Of a stretch of 64,000 nt of DNA, positions 9,634 to 17,479 are shown piece after piece; the first letter of the stretch is position 1; each line of letters starts with the position of its first letter. The translations under genes were made by a program, and so were the position numbers. This stretch comes from an uncultured Alphaproteobacteria bacterium (lineage in GTDB: Bacteria; Pseudomonadota; Alphaproteobacteria; Rhizobiales; Rhodomicrobiaceae). Below the pieces are notes generated by a model that saw only the letters and a list, made by a program, of their open reading frames with translations, was not told the origin of the DNA and did not search any database. The stretch lies in contig CAVUGF010000051.1 in NCBI GenBank assembly GCA_963740975.1, forward strand, positions 7,286 to 71,285, in the 5' to 3' direction.

Positions 9634-10635
9634 ATGGAGCTGCGGCATATCCCTTTTAAGAAGATGAACGGCCTCGGCAACGATTTCGTTATAATCGATG
9701 CCCGCGCCGAACCCTTGCGGCTGTCAGCGGCCGAGGCTGGCGCGATCGCGAACCGTGCCGAAGGAGCGGGCTGCGATCAGGTCATCGTGCTGGAGCCCTC
9801 GCGCGCCGCCGATGTGTTCATGCGCATTCTGAATGCCGACGGTTCGGAGGTGAGCGCTTGCGGCAATGCCAGCCGCTGCGTGGCCGCGCTGCTGCGCCCC
9901 GAGCTTGGCCGGGACCGGCTCACCATCGAGACCCGCGCCGGCCTTCTGAATGCCGAGGCCGGAGCTGGCGGGCTTGTCACCGTCGATATGGGCACACCCC
10001 GCTTCGACTGGGACCGGATTCCGCTTTCACAAGCTTTCGAGGATACGCGCGCCATCGATCTCACCCACGCCTTGCCGGATGGCCGCGTGCTGGAACGCCC
10101 CAGCGTGGCGAATGTAGGCAACCCGCACTGCATTTTCTGGGTCGGGGATGCCGATAGCTACGATCTGGCTGCCTTCGGGGCCGCGCTGGAGCACCATCCG
10201 CTATTTCCGGAGCGCGCGAATATTTCGCTGGCCGAGGTGATCGGGGAGGAGCCCCCCTCACCCCTGCCCCTGTCCCGCGAGGGGAGAGGGGAGGTGCTCC
10301 TTTCCGCGGAAGCGAGCTTAATTCAGGGGTCCCTTCTCTCCTTGCGGGAGAAGGACAGGATGAGGGGTAGCCGCATCAAGCTCAGGGTGTGGGAGCGCGG
10401 GACGGGCATTACGCGCGCCTGCGGCACCGCGGCTTGCGCCGCCGGCGTATCGGCTGCGCGCACCGGACGCACCGGGCGGCGTGTGGCCGTCGAGCTTCCC
10501 GGCGGCACGCTGTTCATCGAGTGGCGCGAGGCTGACGATCATATTCTCATGACGGGTCCAACCGAGTTCGAGTTCGAAGGCGTGCTCGAATTGGACGGCG
10601 ATGGCCGCTTAGGGCGGGTGGTGCGGCAGTCATGA
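9634..10635 (+). CDS. dapF: Diaminopimelate epimerase with ~38-aa in-frame repeat insertion
   Basis: KMNGLGNDF, NADGSEVSACGNA, VGNPH, FPERAN, VWERG, ACGTAACA. Confidence 0.96.
   Translation: MELRHIPFKKMNGLGNDFVIIDARAEPLRLSAAEAGAIANRAEGAGCDQVIVLEPSRAADVFMRILNADGSEVSACGNASRCVAALLRPELGRDRLTIETRAGLLNAEAGAGGLVTVDMGTPRFDWDRIPLSQAFEDTRAIDLTHALPDGRVLERPSVANVGNPHCIFWVGDADSYDLAAFGAALEHHPLFPERANISLAEVIGEEPPSPLPLSREGRGEVLLSAEASLIQGSLLSLREKDRMRGSRIKLRVWERGTGITRACGTAACAAGVSAARTGRTGRRVAVELPGGTLFIEWREADDHILMTGPTEFEFEGVLELDGDGRLGRVVRQS
10254..10367. repeat. Palindromic REP/RPE-like element inside dapF
   Basis: CCCCTCA...TGAGGGG termini with two internal hairpins; 114 bp = 38 codons. Confidence 0.85.
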
Positions 10636-11891
10636 GCGTCGAGGTCATTTCATTCGGCTGCCGGCTGAACACCGTCGAGAGCGAGATGTCGAAGAAGCTT
10701 GCCGAGGAGGCCGGGCTCGACGGCGTGGTGATCGTCAACACCTGCGCTGTTACCGCGGAGGCTGTCCGCCAAGCCCGGCAGGCAATCCGCAAGGCCCGCC
10801 GCGAGCACCCAGGCGCCAAGATCATCGTCACCGGCTGCGCAGCGCAGATCGAGCCCGGCACCTTCGCCGGGATGGTGGAAGCCGACTACGTGATCGGCAA
10901 CGCGGAGAAGACGAACGCCGCGACCTTCCTCGACATCGCGGGCGGGTCGCTCGCGCGCGTCAAGGTTAACGACATCGCCTCGGTTCGCGAGACCGCACAG
11001 CACATGGTGGCGGGCTTCGGCGGGCGCGCGCGCGCCTATGTCGAGGTGCAGAACGGCTGCGACCACCGCTGCACCTTCTGCGTGATTCCTTACGGACGCG
11101 GGCCGTCGCGCTCGGTGCCCGCAGGCGAGGTGGTGAACCGGATCCGGGGGCTCGCTGAGCAGGGCTATCGCGAGGTGGTGCTGACCGGCGTCGATCTCAC
11201 CTCTTATGGCGCCGATCTTCCCGGCGAAATGACGCTCGGCCGGCTGGTGCGCACGGTGCTGAAGCTGGTGCCGGAACTGCCGCGCTTGCGGCTTTCCTCC
11301 ATCGACACCATCGAGGCGGACCCAGCCCTGATCGCGGCTTTCGCCGAGGAGGAGCGGCTGATGCCGCATCTGCATTTGTCGCTGCAATCGGGCGACAACC
11401 TCATCCTGAAGCGCATGAAGCGGCGGCACTCGCGCGAGGATGCCGTCAGGTTTTGCCAAACCATGCGCGAGTTAAGGCCTGGCATGGTATTCGGCGCGGA
11501 TCTGATCGCGGGCTTCCCGACCGAGGACGAGGCCATGTTCGCCAACACGCTCAGGCTTGCCGATGAGTGCGGCCTGAGCTTCATGCACATCTTTCCGTTC
11601 TCTGCGCGCTCCAAGACGCCGGCCGCGCGTATGCCGCAGCTCGAACGCGTGCTTGTCAGGGAACGGGCGGCACGGCTCAGGGGCAAGGCGTCCGAGCGCC
11701 TCACGGTGCATTTGCAGGACCAGCAGGACAAGGTGTTCGACGTTCTGATGGAGCGCGACCGCCTCGGGCGCACGCCGGGCTTCACCGAGATGGAGATCGC
11801 CGGGGAGCGTGCAAATCAAGGGGCGATTGTGAGAGCGCGCGCGACAGGGCTTGCCAACAGCCGTCTGATCGGCGAGCGTCTGTCCCCATGA
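10632..11891 (+). CDS. mtaB: tRNA methylthiotransferase MtaB
   Basis: FGCRLN, VNTCAVT, VTGCAAQ, radical SAM CDHRCTFC; located between dapF and ftsY. Confidence 0.95.
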   Translation: MSVEVISFGCRLNTVESEMSKKLAEEAGLDGVVIVNTCAVTAEAVRQARQAIRKARREHPGAKIIVTGCAAQIEPGTFAGMVEADYVIGNAEKTNAATFLDIAGGSLARVKVNDIASVRETAQHMVAGFGGRARAYVEVQNGCDHRCTFCVIPYGRGPSRSVPAGEVVNRIRGLAEQGYREVVLTGVDLTSYGADLPGEMTLGRLVRTVLKLVPELPRLRLSSIDTIEADPALIAAFAEEERLMPHLHLSLQSGDNLILKRMKRRHSREDAVRFCQTMRELRPGMVFGADLIAGFPTEDEAMFANTLRLADECGLSFMHIFPFSARSKTPAARMPQLERVLVRERAARLRGKASERLTVHLQDQQDKVFDVLMERDRLGRTPGFTEMEIAGERANQGAIVRARATGLANSRLIGERLSP

Positions 11892-13074
11892 GCGAAATTG
11901 AAAAGCGCAACCTGTTCGGCCGCCTGTTCGGGGGGAACAAGACGCCTCCCCCGGCTCCCGCCGCCGAGGAGAAACCCGCCAGCGATATACCTGCGGTGCT
12001 GGCCCCCGAGCCTAGCCGGCGGAGCATGTCCAGGCATTGAAAAAGCCTGCCGAGCCCGCGCCGGGGGTAGAGGTTCCCGCGTTGCAGACGCCCGCCGTCC
12101 CTGCCCCCGCCGCCACTCCTGCCCCCGCCGCCGTGGAAGGCGAAAAGGAAGGCAAGAAGCCTGGCTGGTTCCAGCGGCTCAAGCAGGGCCTCACCCGCAC
12201 ATCCTCGCGCCTCACCGAAGGCATCACCAGCGTTTTCACTAAGCGCAAGCTCGATGACGAGACGCTGGAAGAGCTTGAAGACCTCCTGATCCAGGCCGAT
12301 CTCGGCCTCGACGTGGCCGCGAGCGTCACGGGCGCGCTGAAGAAGTCCCGCTACAACAGCGACATCACCTCCGAGGAAGTGCGCGCGATCCTGGCGGAGG
12401 AGGTCGAAAAGGTGCTGGCGCCCGTCGCCCGGCCGCTTGAGATCGACCCCGCGAGGAAGCCTTACGTGGTCCTGATGGTAGGCGTGAACGGCACCGGCAA
12501 GACTACCACCATCGGCAAATATGCAAGCCAGTTCACCAAGCAGGGCCTCAAGGTCATGCTGGCCGCCGGCGATACCTTCAGGGCCGCGGCCATTGAGCAG
12601 CTCAAGATCTGGGGCGAGCGCACCGGCGCGGTGGTGGTTTCAGGCGAGCAGGGCGCCGACGCGGCGGGCCTTGCCTTCGACGCGCTGCGCCGCGCCAAGG
12701 ACGAGGGCTTCAACGTGCTTTTCATCGACACAGCGGGCCGCCTCCAGAATAAGGCTTCGCTTATGGCGGAGCTGGAAAAGGTCATCCGTGTCATCAGGAA
12801 GATGGATGATACTGCGCCGCATTCGACCGTGCTGACGCTCGACGCGACCACGGGGCAGAACGCGCTGTCGCAGGTCGAGATTTTCGGCAAGATTGCCGGC
12901 GTGACGGGGCTTGTTATGACCAAGCTCGACGGCACCGCGCGCGGCGGCATCCTGGTCGCCATATCGAGCAAATATGCGCTGCCTGTTCACGCCATTGGCG
13001 TTGGCGAAAGCGCGGCCGACCTGCAGGCATTCCAGGCGCAGGATTTCGCTCGCGCCATCGCCGGCGTGGCATAG
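11888..13074 (+). CDS. ftsY: SRP receptor FtsY (apparent frameshift near 12015 in the N-terminal low-complexity region)
   Basis: GVNGTGKTTT, DTFRAAA, DTAGR, TKLDGTARGG; ATG at 11888 overlaps the mtaB stop. Confidence 0.95.
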
Positions 13075-13091
13075 GTTGAAGAGGAGTGGCT

Positions 13092-13736
13092 ATGGAGCAG
13101 GATAACAGCAGCGGCGGCAAGAAACCGGACCCCATGCTCAAGCTTGCGCTCGATATGGGGCCGCTTATCGCGTTTTTCGGCACCTATGCCTGGGTCAAAG
13201 GTGAAGCCGTCGAGGCGGGCGCGGTGGATATCAAGCGCATTATCTATGCAACCGCCGCCCTCATGATCGCCACGGCCGTGTCGCTGATCGCCAGCCGCGT
13301 TCTCCTGAAGCGCATACCTGTTATGCCTCTGGTAACGGGCGTCTTCGTGCTGATCTTCGGCAGCCTGACCATCTATCTGCGCGACCCGACCTTCATCAAG
13401 ATCAAACCGACCATCCTCTATCTGATGTTCGCTAGCACATTGGCAGGCGGGTTATATTTCCGCAAGCTCCCGCTCAAGGCCCTGCTCGGCGAGGCCCTGC
13501 AGATGCAGGACGAGGGCTGGCGGCTTCTCACACAACGCTGGATAGGCTTTTTCATTGGGCTTGCGATCCTGAACGAGGCGGTGTGGAGAAACTTCACGGA
13601 AGCCACCTGGGTCGCGTTCAAATCATTTGGCGTCATTCCGCTAATGATCCTCTTCATGATGGCTCAAATTTCGTTGATTATGAAATATCAGATCCCGGAC
13701 GTATCATCCGGTAAATCGGAAGCGTCGTCCTCGTAA
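13092..13736 (+). CDS. yciB: Inner membrane septation protein YciB/IspZ
   Basis: LDMGPL, FIKIKPTI, LNEAVWR, WVAFKSFG. Confidence 0.92.
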   Translation: MEQDNSSGGKKPDPMLKLALDMGPLIAFFGTYAWVKGEAVEAGAVDIKRIIYATAALMIATAVSLIASRVLLKRIPVMPLVTGVFVLIFGSLTIYLRDPTFIKIKPTILYLMFASTLAGGLYFRKLPLKALLGEALQMQDEGWRLLTQRWIGFFIGLAILNEAVWRNFTEATWVAFKSFGVIPLMILFMMAQISLIMKYQIPDVSSGKSEASSS

Positions 13737-13844
13737 GTCTTTACCTACCCTTATTTTATAACTTTGAATGAGGCATGGGAACTTGGCGGCCGGCAGATCC
13801 GTTTTAAACAGTGGACGAAGTTTTAAGCTAGCAGCCGGACGATA

Positions 13845-14357
13845 ATGCTGACCTCGAAAGAAACGGCAAGCCGCGCGGGGAAGAGGCGGAAGAAGACCGC
13901 CACCTCGCGGCCGGACGCAATCGACCGTTCGATGATCCATCTTCTGCATCGTGCAAGTCAGAGAGCATCCGAAATATTCGCCATCGAGACACGGGATTTC
14001 GATCTCACGGCACGGCAATTCGCCGTGCTCTCCACGGTGGCCCAGCATGAAGGCCTGAGCCAGACGGATCTTGTCAGGCTCACGGGCATCGACCGTTCGA
14101 CCCTTGCCGACGTCGTGCAGCGCCTCCTAAAGCGCGGCATCATTCAGCGGGAGCGGACGACGCAGGACGGCCGGACCTACGCGGTGACGCTATCCGCGGA
14201 GGGCCGCGAACTGCTCGACACGATCAAACCCTCCGTCCGCCGCGCGGACCGCGCGGTTCTGTCGTGCCTGGGCGAGGGGGATGGGAAACTGGTTGCCCAG
14301 GTTCTAAGCCGCCTTCTGAAAAGGACGGGGGTCGAGGACGATCCAGACGCTTACTAA
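13845..14357 (+). CDS. MarR family transcriptional regulator
   Basis: LTARQFAVL, GLSQTDLVRLTGIDRSTLADVVQRL, DGRTYAVTLS.EG. Confidence 0.92.
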   Translation: MLTSKETASRAGKRRKKTATSRPDAIDRSMIHLLHRASQRASEIFAIETRDFDLTARQFAVLSTVAQHEGLSQTDLVRLTGIDRSTLADVVQRLLKRGIIQRERTTQDGRTYAVTLSAEGRELLDTIKPSVRRADRAVLSCLGEGDGKLVAQVLSRLLKRTGVEDDPDAY

Positions 14358-14431
14358 ATCGTTGCATTAAATTTCATCAAGGAGGCTTGCGGCCTCTCGC
14401 TTCGTTCATAATGTGGATGTAAGCTTGCCTC

Positions 14432-14962
14432 ATGGGAGCCGAACTTATCACTTTTAGGCAGGCTGTTCCGGCGGACGCGAGCGCCGTTGCGGATATACAC
14501 GACGCTGCCTGGCGCTCGACCTATCAGGGAGTGATACCCCACCTTTATCTTGAGCGCATGATAGCCCGGCGCGGGCCGCTCTGGTGGCAGCGCCAAATCC
14601 AGCGCGGCTCAAGGATCACCCTCCTCGTTTTCGACGGCATTCCGCAAGGCTACGCGGCCTGGGGCGAAGCGAGGGGAAGCTGGCCGTGGCCCGCAGGCGA
14701 GATTTTCGAGCTTTATGTGGCGCCGATTTTCCAGGGCATCGGCCTGGGCAGGCGGCTTTTTGCTGCCGCGAAGCGAGAGCTGAAGGAGGCCGGGCACGAA
14801 CGCCTTGTGGTCTGGGCGCTGAAGGACAACGAGCACGCCTGCGCGTTTTACGACGCGCTCGGGGGCGTAGAGCTGACAACGGTCGCCGAGCGATTTGGCG
14901 GCATCTCGCTGCCCCGCGTGGCCTTTGCCTGGGGCGTCAACGTGAAGTCTTCGAACACCTGA
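14432..14962 (+). CDS. GNAT family acetyltransferase
   Basis: LYVAPIFQGIGLGRRLF acetyl-CoA motif; N..ACAFY. Confidence 0.9.
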   Translation: MGAELITFRQAVPADASAVADIHDAAWRSTYQGVIPHLYLERMIARRGPLWWQRQIQRGSRITLLVFDGIPQGYAAWGEARGSWPWPAGEIFELYVAPIFQGIGLGRRLFAAAKRELKEAGHERLVVWALKDNEHACAFYDALGGVELTTVAERFGGISLPRVAFAWGVNVKSSNT

Positions 14963-14995
14963 CGCTTGCCCGGCGGTGCCCTGGACAGGGCGAAG

Positions 14996-15100
14996 CTCCC
15001 CCATCCTGTCCTTCTCCCCATGGGATAAGAATGCCTGAACGATTGGCAGCGGAATTTCTAGCGTTCCCTCCCCCAGGGGGACAGGGTGAGAGCGAGGGGA
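14996..15100. repeat. Intergenic degenerate copy of the palindromic element
   Basis: CATCCTGTCCTTCTCCC is the exact reverse complement of part of the dapF copy's right arm; second hairpin CCCTCCCCCAGGGGGACAGGG. Confidence 0.75.
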
Positions 15101-15254
15101 GATTCCCTTCGTCCAAGCTGCCATCCATCCCGCGCTATGTCAGCGGGGCCTCCGCAGAGGCCGCAAAGCCGCCATCGCACCGCCCCACTTCGGGCTGGAC
15201 TTAAGTAAAAGAAAGCAGCAAAGGACAGGCTGGACACGAACTTGCGGTGACCGC

Positions 15255-15728
15255 ATGAGCTACCTGCTGCTCAAATACATCCACATCCTCAGTGCGACGC
15301 TGCTTTTCGGAACCGGGCTCGGCACCGCATTCCACGGCTTTCTCGCCTTCCGCTCCCGCGATGCGCGTGTGGTTGCGGCCGTGGGCCGGTCTGTCGTGCT
15401 GGCGGACTGGCTTTTCACCACGCCTGCCGTCATCGTACAGCCCGCGACCGGCATCGCCATGGCGCTCATGTACGGACTGCCGCTCACTACGGGGTGGATC
15501 GCGCTCGCCTTCGCGCTTTATGCGCTGGTTGGCGCCTGCTGGCTGCCGGTAGTCTGGCTGCAAATCGAGCTGCGCAAAATGGGGCGCGCGAGCGAGCTTT
15601 CGGGCGCGCCGCTCCCCGAGCGCTATTTCCGCTTCCTGCTTTACTGGTTCCTGCTGGGTTGGCCCGCCTTCATCGGAGTGCTCGCCATTTTCTATCTCAT
15701 GGTCTTCAAACCGGATACCGGCTGGTAG
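15255..15728 (+). CDS. DUF2269-like membrane protein
   Basis: LKYIHILSATLLFGTGLG, ADWLFT, QPATG, CWLPVVWLQ, LMVFKP. Confidence 0.85.
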   Translation: MSYLLLKYIHILSATLLFGTGLGTAFHGFLAFRSRDARVVAAVGRSVVLADWLFTTPAVIVQPATGIAMALMYGLPLTTGWIALAFALYALVGACWLPVVWLQIELRKMGRASELSGAPLPERYFRFLLYWFLLGWPAFIGVLAIFYLMVFKPDTGW

Positions 15729-15730
15729 CG

Positions 15731-16234
15731 CTACCTGCGCTGCGGCCCGGAGGAAGACGGCGACGCGGCGGGAGTGCCGGGATTCGCCTGTTTCGGGGCA
15801 TCGGTGATCGCGGCCCGGAGCTGATAGGTCTTGATCACGCAGGTATGTTCTTTGTCGAGCTGCTCGAACGCCGGATTGGGGACGCTCACGATATCCTCCA
15901 GCGTCACATAACCTTTGTGGCTGGGGTCGTAATATTCCATGTTGGCCATGATGAACAAACGGTCGATCCTGGCAAGCTTGTCAAACTCGGCAGGCGTCAG
16001 CTTACCGTCACGGTTCGTGTCGACCTCCTTGAAGAGGCTGGCCATATACTGCTTCCACTCGTCGCAGGTGACGTTGCCATCGTGATTGAGGTCCCAGGTC
16101 GCGGCGGCCCGGATGAAAGCGCCGTCCATGCCTTCCTTGAGCCCCGGCGCGGAAGAGCCGCAGCCCGCGGCGGAAAGAGCCAGGAGAAGGGCCGCAAGCG
16201 GGCCCGCATTGCGAGAAAGCGAGGTGTGGCGCAT
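15731..16234 (-). CDS. EF-hand lipoprotein
   Basis: Lipobox AAGC; loops DLNHDGNVTCDE, DTNRDGKLTPAE, DPSHKGYVTLED. Confidence 0.85.
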   Translation of the reverse strand: MRHTSLSRNAGPLAALLLALSAAGCGSSAPGLKEGMDGAFIRAAATWDLNHDGNVTCDEWKQYMASLFKEVDTNRDGKLTPAEFDKLARIDRLFIMANMEYYDPSHKGYVTLEDIVSVPNPAFEQLDKEHTCVIKTYQLRAAITDAPKQANPGTPAASPSSSGPQRR

Positions 16235-16406
16235 ACCGTTCCCGATCCAAAGCTAGACTGACGCCAGTAAGCAGAGTCCGCTTGAGCTGTCAAACGCGGC
16301 GCGAACGGCTGGCGCCCGTTGTAGGCTTTCGGTTGACGGACGGCTGGCCAATCGTCTTAAGGTTGCACAATCAGGTACAACCTGCCGCAAACCCGGCGAG
16401 CCCCCC

Positions 16407-17201
16407 ATGATTTTCCGTATAACTGCGAGCGTGCTGCTCGCTGCCCTCGTTTTTGCCGGCGCCAGCCAGGCCGGGACCTGCCAAGGCCAGCCGGGAGCGT
16501 TGGGCACGGCCCGCGTGATTGCGCTCGATTCCTTGCAGCACCGCAAGCTGGGGCTCATGGATTATGACGAGACCCTGCCGCTTGAGGATCACGAGGTGGT
16601 GCTGACCTTCGACGACGGGCCGATGCCGCCTTCCACGCCCAAGGTTCTCGATGCGCTTGCCGCGGAATGCGTGAAGGCAATCTTTTTCGTGGTGGGCCAA
16701 ATGGCCGAAGCGCATCCCGAACTCGTGCGCCGCGAATACCGCGAGGGCCACACGATCGGAACCCACACGCAGCATCACCCTCGCCTCAACCGCCTCCCGG
16801 CCGAAGCCGCCAGCAAGGAGATTTCAGCCGGCATCGCTTCGGTAAACAAGGCGCTGGGCGGACCGCTCGCGGCACCCTTCTTCCGCTTCCCCTATCTGGA
16901 GCCCAAGGCCACGCGGGACGCTCTGGCGCTCAAGCTCGGCCTTACGATCTGGAGCACCGATATCCACGCCAACGACTGGGACCCTCTGTCCCCCGCGCGG
17001 GTGGCGGGGCTCGCGATACAGCGCCTGGAACGCAACAAAAAGGGCATCCTCCTGCTGCACGATATCCACCGGCGCACAGCGCTCGCGGTGCCCCTCCTGC
17101 TGCGCGAGCTTAAGGCGCGTGGATACCGGGTGGTTCAGGTGGTGCCCGCCGATGCGGCGCATGCCAAGTCCGTGGCTGGCCGGGAGGCGTGGACAGACTG
17201 A
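16407..17201 (+). CDS. Polysaccharide deacetylase (NodB domain)
   Basis: Signal peptide; LTFDDGP, HTQHH, FRFPY, LLLHD. Confidence 0.93.
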   Translation: MIFRITASVLLAALVFAGASQAGTCQGQPGALGTARVIALDSLQHRKLGLMDYDETLPLEDHEVVLTFDDGPMPPSTPKVLDALAAECVKAIFFVVGQMAEAHPELVRREYREGHTIGTHTQHHPRLNRLPAEAASKEISAGIASVNKALGGPLAAPFFRFPYLEPKATRDALALKLGLTIWSTDIHANDWDPLSPARVAGLAIQRLERNKKGILLLHDIHRRTALAVPLLLRELKARGYRVVQVVPADAAHAKSVAGREAWTD

Positions 17202-17292
17202 TCCCCTCCGCTGCGCCTTGCCTCCCCCCGGCCGGTACGCCGGCTTATGGGCGCAACGAACCGCAAATCCCTGAGGAAACGATGAGGCCGGC

Positions 17293-17367
17293 CAGGGCAT
17301 CCCGGTGGCGCAGGTGGAGGAGATGAAAGCCGGGCTCGAAGCCGCCGGCAAGACCGCCGGGTTCAAG
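17293..17367 (+). pseudogene. Short fragment resembling a dienelactone hydrolase C-terminus
   Basis: QGIPVAQVEEMKAGLEAAGKTAGFK with no start or flanking domain. Confidence 0.45.
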
Positions 17368-17479
17368 CTCCCCCCAACACGCCGCTGGCTGAGATCGTGC
17401 GGCCCCCCCTTCAGTCGCTTGGTCGCGGCTGCTACATAATTCCGGAGAACCGGCCAACCGCAAAACAGAGCCCTGCAGG

